From a virus, in the IMG/VR virus record IMGVR_UViG_3300045988_154888, positions 1-58,947 of that record: a stretch of DNA of 58,947 bases; one strand, written 5' to 3'. Both the position numbers and the translations under genes were made by a program. Shown here one piece after another: positions 27,115-35,055 of the stretch (position 1 is its first letter; the number at the start of each line of letters is the position of its first letter). The notes beneath the pieces were generated by a model. The model did not search any database and was not told the DNA's origin. It saw only the letters and a program-made list of their open reading frames with translations.

Positions 27115-28080
27115 TCAGATGAAGAACGGGTCTTTCGTACCCTGCGCAAGCATTTTCAGGTAGCCATTTGGCGCTGTAAGGCGGCAGGGAACATCGCAGG
27201 TACTTTTATCGGTTTTGGCCGCAGCGTGCTTTTCCAGAATGTCCTCATCCATCACATGCCCGATGATTTGATAGGGCTTATGGCAGCAATGCATGATATT
27301 CCCTTTTTCGTTCATGGCTATCTGCGCCCAATGTGCGAGACAGGAGGAACAGAAATCCTCAATCATGCGCCACTTGAAATTCAGCACGACGCGCTTATCC
27401 TTTTCGGCGATGGCCTGAATGAGCGCGATGCACTTTTTCGCGTTTCCCTTGGCTTCCTCGGAGGCATAAAAGCTGCCAGCCGTACTCTCCATCGGGCGAA
27501 GCGCCATATAGTCAAAGGGCAAATCCTTATTGGCCTCATAGAACGGCAGGATGTCCTCAAACCGTGCGACCACCTTCTGTACGCCAAGGGACGTAAGCGG
27601 CGCGTTTTTCTTTCGCCATGCATCGTACTGGATGATATTCTCCCTGACCTTCCGATACGCTCTCACGCCGCGGCAGGCCTCGTAGCTGTCCTCGTCCCAG
27701 CCGTCAAGGCTCACCTTGAGATAATCGGGCGCACAGTATTTCAAGACGTTCAAGTTGGTGTTTACGCCATAATGCAGATGATTTTCTTCCAGCCACGCCG
27801 CAATCGCCTCAAAGTCGGGAGTAATCATCGGTTCTCCGCCGCCCGTCAGGATAAAGCCGAGAACGCCCAACTCTTTCAGCCGTGTGGCGTACCGCACGAA
27901 TTCATCCCTCGTCATGGCGTAAGCGCCCTTGTCCAGCTCCCAGCGGTGATAAACGCAATAGGGGCAGTTATTGTTGCAGTAGTTATTCAGGAACACATCA
28001 GCCGTAATCGGTCGATGGTCTCCGGCGACGCGCTCTGGATGAAACATGAGCTTGCTGCCGTTGATGTTGCTCTCCATCAT
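27115..28080 (-). CDS. Radical SAM enzyme with Cys-rich (SPASM/twitch-like) C-terminus
   Basis: CNNNCPYC (CxxxCxxC) and GGGEPM motifs. C-terminal cysteines CSSC...HCCH...CDVPC. Start at 28080, after the upstream stop. Confidence 0.8.
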   Translation of the reverse strand: MMESNINGSKLMFHPERVAGDHRPITADVFLNNYCNNNCPYCVYHRWELDKGAYAMTRDEFVRYATRLKELGVLGFILTGGGEPMITPDFEAIAAWLEENHLHYGVNTNLNVLKYCAPDYLKVSLDGWDEDSYEACRGVRAYRKVRENIIQYDAWRKKNAPLTSLGVQKVVARFEDILPFYEANKDLPFDYMALRPMESTAGSFYASEEAKGNAKKCIALIQAIAEKDKRVVLNFKWRMIEDFCSSCLAHWAQIAMNEKGNIMHCCHKPYQIIGHVMDEDILEKHAAAKTDKSTCDVPCRLTAPNGYLKMLAQGTKDPFFI

Positions 28081-28085
28081 TCGTG

Positions 28086-28943
28086 TTACACTTCCTTTCG
28101 CCAGCGCTGGTTCAGAATCTTCGGAACGCAGCACGTCCAGTTGATTTTGTGGTGAATGCGCTTATGCGCGGAATTGAGCATTTCCACCCTGACGGCGCTG
28201 GGCATGGACATGACGGAATAAAAAGACTTGAGGAAGGTTCCACCGTCCGCGTATGCTTCCGACATCCCCCCCTTGGTGCCCTGCGTGGCCGCCTGAATGA
28301 TGGCGCAATCGGTAATGGACATAATCAGCGCCCCTCGGCTGCCCAGCGTGGTGTACATGGTCACGTCCTCGTTCATCGTGCCGACAAACTGGAACGGCCT
28401 GTCCGTGCGGCAGAAAAAGGTGTTCATCGCCTTGCGAATCACCTTCTCGCCAAACCGCTTGCCGTTTACGCCGCCGATGAAATCACCAGCCTGACAAAAG
28501 GCGACGGTGAGCGCGTCCGAGCTTTCCAGAAATTCAATCATGTCCGTGAACAGCCGGTCAAGCTGCGTACACTTCTTCGCCTTGAGATGACCGTTCTCAA
28601 TAAAACGATGATGGAGGCCGGTATAATCGTCATCCAGCATCAGGAAGTACTTGAGGCCAAGGTCACGGGCGATGTAGAAGGACTGATTGCGGGCGTAAAT
28701 AATGGCGCGGTGCTCATGGAAGGTATCTGCGGTGTCCGTCCAATCGTCCACGGCCTGTTTGTCGAAGATGACAACGTGTTCCCGGCCATAGCGCCTGATA
28801 TACTCGTCTGCCTGTTCGTCCTCGTTATCCAGCACCATATACCATTTGCCGGTATAATTTCCAGCCTGAAGAACGCCCTTCATGGTAACAACCTTATCGG
28901 CGCGTCCGTGCGTGAGAATCAAAACCGCGAAATCATCACGCAT
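28086..28943 (-). CDS. Putative GT-A-type glycosyltransferase-like protein (possibly TET-associated/GREB1-like GT family)
   Basis: 285 aa. N-terminal beta-strand FAVLILTHGR and an FLMLDDDY (DxD) motif. The family assignment is from memory only. Confidence 0.4.
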   Translation of the reverse strand: MRDDFAVLILTHGRADKVVTMKGVLQAGNYTGKWYMVLDNEDEQADEYIRRYGREHVVIFDKQAVDDWTDTADTFHEHRAIIYARNQSFYIARDLGLKYFLMLDDDYTGLHHRFIENGHLKAKKCTQLDRLFTDMIEFLESSDALTVAFCQAGDFIGGVNGKRFGEKVIRKAMNTFFCRTDRPFQFVGTMNEDVTMYTTLGSRGALIMSITDCAIIQAATQGTKGGMSEAYADGGTFLKSFYSVMSMPSAVRVEMLNSAHKRIHHKINWTCCVPKILNQRWRKEV

Positions 28944-29676
28944 CGTCTTCGTCCTCCATCATCGCCATGATGTCGTCTGACAGCTTGGCATAGCCGTTCG
29001 CAATGGCATCGTCCACATCGATGATGACCAGCGCGTTTTTCTCCATCAGGCGCTGCATTTCCGGCGTGGCATGGGCGTAATACTCGGCAATATTGCGATA
29101 ATTAAAAACATTATGGCGGCGGGAAGCCTGAATCAGAAACTGCTTTTCCTCGTCGGTGATGCCCTCCGCGCTTTCAATCTCCGCGATGAGCGCGTCAGCC
29201 TTGTCAGAATCCAGCATATCGGCAAAGTTCGGTTCATCCCCCGTAATCTCGTACTGGGGAATATTGACCTTGAGGGTGTACTTGTCATCGTCCTGCTCGT
29301 CATCCTCTAATTCAAAACCGAACTGCTCCATGTCGATATTCAGGATACGCGCAAGCTCTTGGTCGAGCTTCTCATCGTCCCAATCGGCAAATTCGCCGGT
29401 CTTGTTGTCGGCAAGGCGATAAGCCGCCGCCTGTTCGTCCGAGAGGCTTTCGGCAACCACGCATGGAAACTCATCCCAGCCGAGCTTTTTCGCGGCCTTA
29501 TAGCGCGTGTGACCGGCGATGATGACATGATTGCGGTCAACGATGATGGGGGATTGCGGGCCAAAGGCGCTCAGAGAAGCCGCAACCTTGTCAACGGCAT
29601 CGTCGTTTTTCCGTGGGTTATTCTCATAGGGCTTGATGTCCTTGAGAGGCAGATACACCATTTGCTGTTTCTGCAT
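28936..29676 (-). CDS. ParB-like nuclease/DNA-binding domain protein
   Basis: N-terminal ParB/Srx motifs (LKDIKPYENNPRKND, IIVDRNHVIIAGHTRYKAAKKLG) and an acidic C-terminal half. Confidence 0.75.
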   Translation of the reverse strand: MQKQQMVYLPLKDIKPYENNPRKNDDAVDKVAASLSAFGPQSPIIVDRNHVIIAGHTRYKAAKKLGWDEFPCVVAESLSDEQAAAYRLADNKTGEFADWDDEKLDQELARILNIDMEQFGFELEDDEQDDDKYTLKVNIPQYEITGDEPNFADMLDSDKADALIAEIESAEGITDEEKQFLIQASRRHNVFNYRNIAEYYAHATPEMQRLMEKNALVIIDVDDAIANGYAKLSDDIMAMMEDEDDA

Positions 29677-29700
29677 GATTCTTCGCTCCTTTTTCTTCGT

Positions 29701-30114
29701 TCAGGCGTTCAACTCGATAAAAGCGTCCGTGAGCTGCTTGACGGTGAAAGCGCCGTGCGGCTTTCGCCATTCGCAGTCGGTATCGTCCGCTTTGCGCTTA
29801 TAATAAATTTCTCTGACGGAGCAATCTTTGAGGTGGACGTCCTGATTCGCATCCTCCACACCATGCTCGGCAATGATGGCGATAGCGTCCTTGCCGCTGG
29901 CTCTGAAATCGTCCACAAAGCGCTGCAGCAGCAGACGCTGGCCGGTCGGCACATCCTTGGACTTTCCCTTGACCTCGACGAAGATTCTTGCCCTGTCCTT
30001 GTACTCAATCGTCGCGTCGATGTCGGTCGGCGTGATATTGCCGTACTGCATTCCATCGAACAGCAGAAGCTGACGGGCACGCGCCGGGTGCCTGTATACG
30101 CCTCGTTCCTCCAA
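29701..30114 (-). CDS. PD-(D/E)xK nuclease-like protein (VRR-NUC-like)
   Basis: 137 aa with a TTG start after AGAGGTGGG. Motif DIDATIEYKDRARIFVEVKGK...TGQ. Confidence 0.45.
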   Translation of the reverse strand: MEERGVYRHPARARQLLLFDGMQYGNITPTDIDATIEYKDRARIFVEVKGKSKDVPTGQRLLLQRFVDDFRASGKDAIAIIAEHGVEDANQDVHLKDCSVREIYYKRKADDTDCEWRKPHGAFTVKQLTDAFIELNA

Positions 30115-30137
30115 CGCCGCCCACCTCTTTTCTGCAA

Positions 30138-30168
30138 AGAAAAAGCAGACAGATGAATTTCTGTCTGC
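30138..30168 (-). terminator. Rho-independent terminator (downstream of the TA pair, just upstream of gene 30114)
   Basis: gcagacag / ctgtctgc stem with an 8-nt loop, followed on the minus strand by TTTTTCTTT. Confidence 0.7.
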
Positions 30169-30306
30169 TGAATTCGGTTATTCTAATTATACATCCGAAA
30201 TTTTGAATTGAAAAGGGGGCAAATCCGGTGCAACGGGGGGTGCAAATGCGAAATCATGAATATTCTGCAAAAAGCCGCGCAGGATTTCCCCCGCGCAGCC
30301 TTTTCT

Positions 30307-30627
30307 TCACTTGTCCAGCAGGTCGCTGTGCGTTCCCGTTCGGGTCAGGGTCAGAACCAGCACATTTTCTTCAATACGGTAAATCAGCAGCCAATCCGGC
30401 AGAACGTGACATTCCCGATGCCCAATCCAGTTGCCTGACAGGCTGTGGTCGCGGTTCTTTTCCGGCAGCGCTTCACCCTTGGCAAGCAGGGTGACAATTT
30501 CCGCGAGAGCTTCCATTTTCAGGCCGCGCTTCTTCGCCAGCTTGTAGTCCTTCCGAAACTGCGCGGTGACTGCAAGGTCGTACTTCGTGCACTCGTTGTC
30601 GAGGCCATCCAGAAAGCTCTTACTCAT
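30307..30627 (-). CDS. yafQ: Type II toxin, YafQ/RelE family mRNA interferase
   Basis: 106 aa. Motif DHSLSGNWIGHRECHVLPDWLLIYRIE is YafQ-like. Confidence 0.75.
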   Translation of the reverse strand: MSKSFLDGLDNECTKYDLAVTAQFRKDYKLAKKRGLKMEALAEIVTLLAKGEALPEKNRDHSLSGNWIGHRECHVLPDWLLIYRIEENVLVLTLTRTGTHSDLLDK

Positions 30628-30911
30628 TCCTCGTCATCCTCCAAATCGGAGAACAGCTCCTTGACGCTGTGGTAGCGCTTTGCATTGGGGTCTTTTGCAA
30701 TCCTCTCTGCTTCCAGCAGCGCAGCCATCGTTTCCCGATTGGGGCGGTCATCCAGCCGAACATCGAACGGGAAGCCGCCAGCACGAATGGACTTGCGCAG
30801 GAATACATTGATGGCAGTAGAGAGGTTCATGCCCAAAGCTCCGTAAATCCCTTCGCATTCCCGCTTTACGTCGGAATCCATCCGAACAGTGACGTTAGTG
30901 CTTGTGCTCAT
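30624..30911 (-). CDS. dinJ: Type II antitoxin, RelB/DinJ family
   Basis: 95 aa. VTVRMDSDVKRECEGIYGALGMNLSTAINVFL is DinJ-like. 4-nt overlap with the toxin gene. Confidence 0.7.
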   Translation of the reverse strand: MSTSTNVTVRMDSDVKRECEGIYGALGMNLSTAINVFLRKSIRAGGFPFDVRLDDRPNRETMAALLEAERIAKDPNAKRYHSVKELFSDLEDDEE

Positions 30912-30988
30912 GATTATCAGCTCCTTTCTGCACTATATTATACAGCGTTTGCACATATAATGCAATACTTTTGAAGTAATTTTTTGCA

Positions 30989-31492
30989 TTATTCGGCCAT
31001 CTGATAGATTTTCTCCATCGCACGCTGTTTGAGGCGCTTCAAGGAATCCTTTGACGTTTCCTCCTGAAAAGCAGTCTTGAACTTGCAGACGACCTCTTTC
31101 CAGTATTCCCCGTCGATGACCTGATGTTCCACAATCCAGCGTTCCCGCTCGGGCAAACCGTTCAGCCATGCCGAAACGAACAGCACGGTGAAATACCTTT
31201 GTTCATGCTCCTGCCGGGTTTCTTTCAGCTCGGCCTGCATTTCCAGAATATCATCCGGCACCCAGCCAGAGGCGAGCATGATACCCAGCTTCTCGGTTGG
31301 GTTTCCCACGGTCGTTCCGTGCGGCATACCAGACAACTGCTGCGGCCTGACGGCGGTCACGTCCTCATCCATGGTCGCCATCGCCTGTCGGATGGCCTTT
31401 TCAAGCTGGCTGATTTCCGCTTCCAGATGACCGCAACGTCCAACCTCGAAACGGTACGCTTTCAGCATTTCGTCAACCTTTTCGCGTGTCAT
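30989..31492 (-). CDS. Sigma-70 region-4-like phage transcriptional regulator (ArpU/RinA/DUF1492-type late activator candidate)
   Basis: 167 aa. C-terminal LPERERWIVEHQVIDGEYWKEV...LKRLKQRAMEKI resembles sigma region 4. Confidence 0.5.
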   Translation of the reverse strand: MTREKVDEMLKAYRFEVGRCGHLEAEISQLEKAIRQAMATMDEDVTAVRPQQLSGMPHGTTVGNPTEKLGIMLASGWVPDDILEMQAELKETRQEHEQRYFTVLFVSAWLNGLPERERWIVEHQVIDGEYWKEVVCKFKTAFQEETSKDSLKRLKQRAMEKIYQMAE

Positions 31493-31550
31493 GCTCTACC
31501 CCTCCATACCTCAGTTTCAATCCGCATCCCCTCAAATGGGGGAAGCCGCC

Positions 31551-31976
31551 TTAGAACGGCAGCTCGTCGTCATCCACCTGTACAAAACCGTTCGCATCCG
31601 GCTGATGAGCGGGCGCAGCGGTGCTCGCGTCAGGAGCATAATCCTCGGTTGGTTCGCTGGGCTGGCTGCGCGGCGTTAAAAACTCCACGTCGTTGGTCAG
31701 CACCTCGGTGACATAGACCTTTCGACCGTCCTTCTCATAATTGCGCGTGCGCAGTTCGCCGCAGACTGCAACTTTCCTGCCCTTGGCAAGGTACTTGGCG
31801 CAGTTTTCGGCCTGCGCCCGCCATGTCTGCACGGTGATATAATCCGCCTGGACAACGCCGTCCTTGTTCTTTGGGCGATTGACGGCAATAGTGAACTGAC
31901 AGGAGGCAAGACCACTGTTCGTCTGCCGAAGCTCCGGGTCGCGGGTGAGGTTGCCGACCAGAAAAACCTTGTTCAT
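31551..31976 (-). CDS. ssb: Single-stranded DNA-binding protein
   Basis: OB-fold N-terminus MNKVFLVGNLTRDPELR and an acidic tail DDDELPF. Confidence 0.9.
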   Translation of the reverse strand: MNKVFLVGNLTRDPELRQTNSGLASCQFTIAVNRPKNKDGVVQADYITVQTWRAQAENCAKYLAKGRKVAVCGELRTRNYEKDGRKVYVTEVLTNDVEFLTPRSQPSEPTEDYAPDASTAAPAHQPDANGFVQVDDDELPF

Positions 31977-32096
31977 AGCTATCCCTCCGTATTAACCGAT
32001 ATTTCCCGTTTAGGCGGCTCCCGCTTCCGGCCTTCCACTTCCTCATGTGTGAGCAAATAGCCGTACGGAAGCCGCGTTCAAGCCGTTAAAGTATCA

Positions 32097-32726
32097 TCAG
32101 CACACCTTGTTACCGTGCTTATAGGGGCGGCTCTTGTTGTAGTTGTGCTTTTCGAGAATTAGCGTCTCAGCGTCGATGCCCTGCTTCACAATCCAGTAGA
32201 TAATCATGGCGGCAACCGTCATGAGAATCTGCCCGGCCTTTTCCGCGTTATCCGCGCCGTAGGCCTCGGATACGATGTAGTGCAGGAGGCAGAGAAAATC
32301 GGGGAATTTCTGTTCGCAATCCGCTCTGCGCGTTTCCGGCATGTCTGCCAGCAGCTCTGTGACGGTGGTGACATTCTCCAAATGCCCGCCAATCGCGCCG
32401 ATGAAATCAAAGATACGAATCACAGCATCGGCCAGCTCCACGGCGATGCCCTCCGGCTTGTGCCCACGGTACTTGCACTCGTTTTCCCTGCCAAAATTGA
32501 GGCACTCGTTTTCGTCCTTAGGGTCGCAAATATGAATTTCGCCGGTCTGCGCTTCCTCACAGGCATACCAGATGTTCGGACGGGCGGCGCGATATTCTTC
32601 CAGCGCCTCAGACAGCTCCGAATGAATCAGGGACAGGATTTCGCCGGTCGAGCGTTCCTCATCCCACCAGCCGTGTCGGTCTGAATTGTCGTGTACTTCT
32701 CCGAAAAACTCATTGAGATTAAGCAT
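32097..32726 (-). CDS. mazG: MazG-like nucleotide pyrophosphohydrolase
   Basis: Start at ATG 32726 (ATGCTTAA overlap with the upstream stop). EILSLIHSELSEALEEYR and ELADAVIRIFD helices are typical of MazG. Confidence 0.6.
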   Translation of the reverse strand: MLNLNEFFGEVHDNSDRHGWWDEERSTGEILSLIHSELSEALEEYRAARPNIWYACEEAQTGEIHICDPKDENECLNFGRENECKYRGHKPEGIAVELADAVIRIFDFIGAIGGHLENVTTVTELLADMPETRRADCEQKFPDFLCLLHYIVSEAYGADNAEKAGQILMTVAAMIIYWIVKQGIDAETLILEKHNYNKSRPYKHGNKVC

Positions 32727-33138
32727 CGTTTTTGTCCTCTCTTTCCGTAATGCGGTCGCTGACGACCTCGTTGAAATCAATCTGCAAGCCGATTTTCTGC
32801 CACACCTCTTCGATGGTCTCCATACTGGTGAGGGAAAACAGGATTTTCTCATCAACCAGATTGAGAACATCCTTGCAGCGCTTCATGCCAAAGCCGTGCA
32901 GCTCGTTGAGCGCGAGGCATACGGCGGCGTAGCAGGTCTTGATGACGGGCCCGGAAGCAACGGCGAATCCGGCTTCATAGCCCTTGTTATAGTTTTCTTC
33001 AAGGTCTTTTATCGTGATGCCGTTCTTGACAAGCGCATCCATGCGCTGTTGCTTGGTCATCCGCAGATACTGCGGCTGTTTCGGCTTGGGCTGTCCTCTC
33101 TGCGCTTTCTTCTGAGCGCGTCTCTGTTCTCGGTTCAT
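32719..33138 (-). CDS. Hypothetical protein
   Basis: 139-aa ORF. The true start may be the internal ATG at 33060, because the N-terminus overlaps the upstream ORF. Confidence 0.45.
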   Translation of the reverse strand: MNREQRRAQKKAQRGQPKPKQPQYLRMTKQQRMDALVKNGITIKDLEENYNKGYEAGFAVASGPVIKTCYAAVCLALNELHGFGMKRCKDVLNLVDEKILFSLTSMETIEEVWQKIGLQIDFNEVVSDRITEREDKNDA

Positions 33139-33370
33139 TCAGCAGCACCCTTTCAAGCGAATTAACAGCAGTCCTAAGAATCTGATTTTCGAGCTGCAAA
33201 GCGTGATAATCTTGTGCCAGAAGAACATGGCGGCCTTGCAGGAAGCGGATGCGCCGCGCGTAGCGCTCACGGTCGTGCGCGGCCTTTTCCAGCTTACGGC
33301 GCGTTTCCCGATGCGCCTTTCGCTCCATGTCAAGCAGGGCGATGAGACGCGAAACCGTATCGCCGCTCAT
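32999..33370 (-). CDS. Hypothetical coiled-coil protein (3' extent uncertain)
   Basis: 123-aa ORF. Overlaps the next ORF by about 140 nt. Confidence 0.35.
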   Translation of the reverse strand: MSGDTVSRLIALLDMERKAHRETRRKLEKAAHDRERYARRIRFLQGRHVLLAQDYHALQLENQILRTAVNSLERVLLNEPRTETRSEESAERTAQAETAAVSADDQATAHGCACQERHHDKRP

Positions 33371-33621
33371 TATCGGTAGTTCCTTCCCGTGCGCCTGTCC
33401 CTGACCTCTACGCGGGCGGTCAGTTCAAACCCGGCGAGGTCGATGAGGGTCTTGATGGACTTAATCAGACGGTTACAGCGCAAGTCGGCCTCGTCCAATT
33501 CGAGCTGCTTGTCCCGCATGACGTTGGTGAGCGCGTCATGCGCGGTCAAATCCATATAGCCCTCGGTATTGCGCAGCGGAACGCGCATTTCGTCGCTCAT
33601 CCTCGGATACACCTCCCGCAA
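33370..33621 (-). CDS. Hypothetical protein
   Basis: 83-aa ORF on the operon strand. Confidence 0.4.
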   Translation of the reverse strand: MREVYPRMSDEMRVPLRNTEGYMDLTAHDALTNVMRDKQLELDEADLRCNRLIKSIKTLIDLAGFELTARVEVRDRRTGRNYR

Positions 33622-34142
33622 GATTCAAGCTCGTGACATACGCCGCCGTGCCACAGGCAATTTGGAACCAGAAACTCGGCGATTTCAGGCATGACCTTAG
33701 CCACTTCATCGCACATCATCCCGGCGACCTCCCGCGTCTTTGCGCTGGCCTTGCTGCACAGCCGCTTATTGGCGACGGTCATGAGTTCCTCCGCATTGCA
33801 GAAGAAAATCATATCCACAGGAGTATTTCGGGGCGCTTCGTCGCCGTTCATGCGGTCTTGCCGGTCGTTGCGCAGGCTGGAAACGAACGGGACGGCGTGG
33901 ACATGGCGGGCAAAGTGCGTCGCCGTGTTCGAGGGAATGTTCTCAATCAAAAACGCGAAATTCAGCACGCGCACGGGTGAATGGCGGGCATTGAGAACAT
34001 CCCGCAGGAGCTTCGAGGACGGAGCGGAGACAGGCGCTTCGGTCTTTCCCATCGTAACCCAGATGCAGCGCTTGAACAGCATCAGCTCCCGTTCCTCCGG
34101 CCAATAGATGAGCGTTACCTTGATTTCGGGCTTATTTTCCAC
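33597..34142 (-). CDS. Divergent ThyX-like (flavin-dependent thymidylate synthase fold) protein
   Basis: GTG start at 34142, 6 nt after AAAGGAGGG. HSPVRVLNFAFLIENIPSNTATHFARHVHAVPFVSSLRNDR aligns with the ThyX HETPFEH..F.F....RHRxxS...S.RY region, but the RHR motif is degenerate. Confidence 0.45.
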   Translation of the reverse strand: MENKPEIKVTLIYWPEERELMLFKRCIWVTMGKTEAPVSAPSSKLLRDVLNARHSPVRVLNFAFLIENIPSNTATHFARHVHAVPFVSSLRNDRQDRMNGDEAPRNTPVDMIFFCNAEELMTVANKRLCSKASAKTREVAGMMCDEVAKVMPEIAEFLVPNCLWHGGVCHELESCGRCIRG

Positions 34143-34143
34143 G

Positions 34144-34353
34144 TCAAGCCCTCCTTTCGTATCGCTGAATGGTGCCGTCATTAAATTCGACGGTGATATG
34201 CGGCGGGTACTTCGCACAGACCTTTCGCGGTTTGAACTGTACGGCCTTGATGCGTTTGGGCGTAACATGCTGCTTTTCGCATTCGTCGCACTCTTTTTTA
34301 TCGGCGTAAAGCGTGCCGCAAAACTCGCACTTGTACTGCGTAATTTCCTGCAT
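34144..34353 (-). CDS. Small zinc-ribbon protein
   Basis: 69 aa with CEFCG...CDECEKQH. Confidence 0.5.
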   Translation of the reverse strand: MQEITQYKCEFCGTLYADKKECDECEKQHVTPKRIKAVQFKPRKVCAKYPPHITVEFNDGTIQRYERRA

Positions 34354-34356
34354 GGT

Positions 34357-34716
34357 TCATCCCTCCACGGGCGGCTTTTTCATGTTGCCGCTTTGATTCC
34401 TCCACATATGCAAGCAATGGGGATGGAGATTGACGTACTCAGATTCCTTCGGATGGAACTGAACGCATTCTTCTTCGGGGTAAAAGAACATCCGTTTGAC
34501 CTCGCACATTTCAGCCCAAGTCGGGTCGCGGCTGGGCAAGGCGACGGAAACATGCTCCCACACTTCACCAGCACCGTCCCGTTCGATAGACCAGATGACG
34601 GAGGCCATTTTCTCCTTGCCGGTGGCGCGAAGCATCACCCTCGCCACGCCTCCGCGAGCATCGGCCTGTCCGACGAGCGTTCTTGGAAGCTGCAAAATCT
34701 CATTCAGCGTTTTCAT
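34357..34716 (-). CDS. Hypothetical protein
   Basis: Start at the internal ATG 34716, avoiding overlap with the upstream gene. The maximal ORF extends to 34749. Confidence 0.45.
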   Translation of the reverse strand: MKTLNEILQLPRTLVGQADARGGVARVMLRATGKEKMASVIWSIERDGAGEVWEHVSVALPSRDPTWAEMCEVKRMFFYPEEECVQFHPKESEYVNLHPHCLHMWRNQSGNMKKPPVEG

Positions 34717-34729
34717 ACCTTCACCCTCT

Positions 34730-34993
34730 TCAAAGCCACGATTCGACAACGCATGGCGCGTCTTTCACGGAGCGCTTAAAGCACACCAACCCGGCAGGGA
34801 CGCAGGCACGCGCCTCGCTCAAGGACTTGGCAAGCGCACAGTACGGCGTTCCAGCTGAGCCATAAAACAGGCGCACGACGAAGTGATTGGGAAAGTCGGT
34901 CGGCTTATCGAAAATGACAAACAGCGCAGGAACCTTCGCGTTGCGGTTCCATACAGTATTGAAATCCCTGACAATTTTGGATTGAACGTTCAT
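34730..34993 (-). CDS. Hypothetical protein
   Basis: 87-aa ORF with an AAAGGATG RBS region. Confidence 0.45.
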   Translation of the reverse strand: MNVQSKIVRDFNTVWNRNAKVPALFVIFDKPTDFPNHFVVRLFYGSAGTPYCALAKSLSEARACVPAGLVCFKRSVKDAPCVVESWL

Positions 34994-35019
34994 CCTTTCA
35001 CACCTCCGTGCCGGTTATC

Positions 35020-35042
35020 TCCGCGCCCTGTACGGGCGCGGA
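35020..35042 (-). promoter_or_regulatory. GC-rich hairpin 3' of VR2 (DGR target-recognition cruciform candidate)
   Basis: tccgcgccc-tgtac-gggcgcgga. Starts about 28 nt beyond the VR2 end. Analogous to the hairpin after VR1. Confidence 0.6.
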
Positions 35043-35055
35043 TTGCCGGATTCTT

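Noticed and set aside
32999-33138. The 140-nt overlap between ORFs 32999-33370 and 32719-33138 as evidence of a programmed frameshift.
   Set aside because: No slippery heptamer is evident. An internal ATG at 33060 for the downstream ORF, or an early real stop, is a simpler explanation. Left unresolved.
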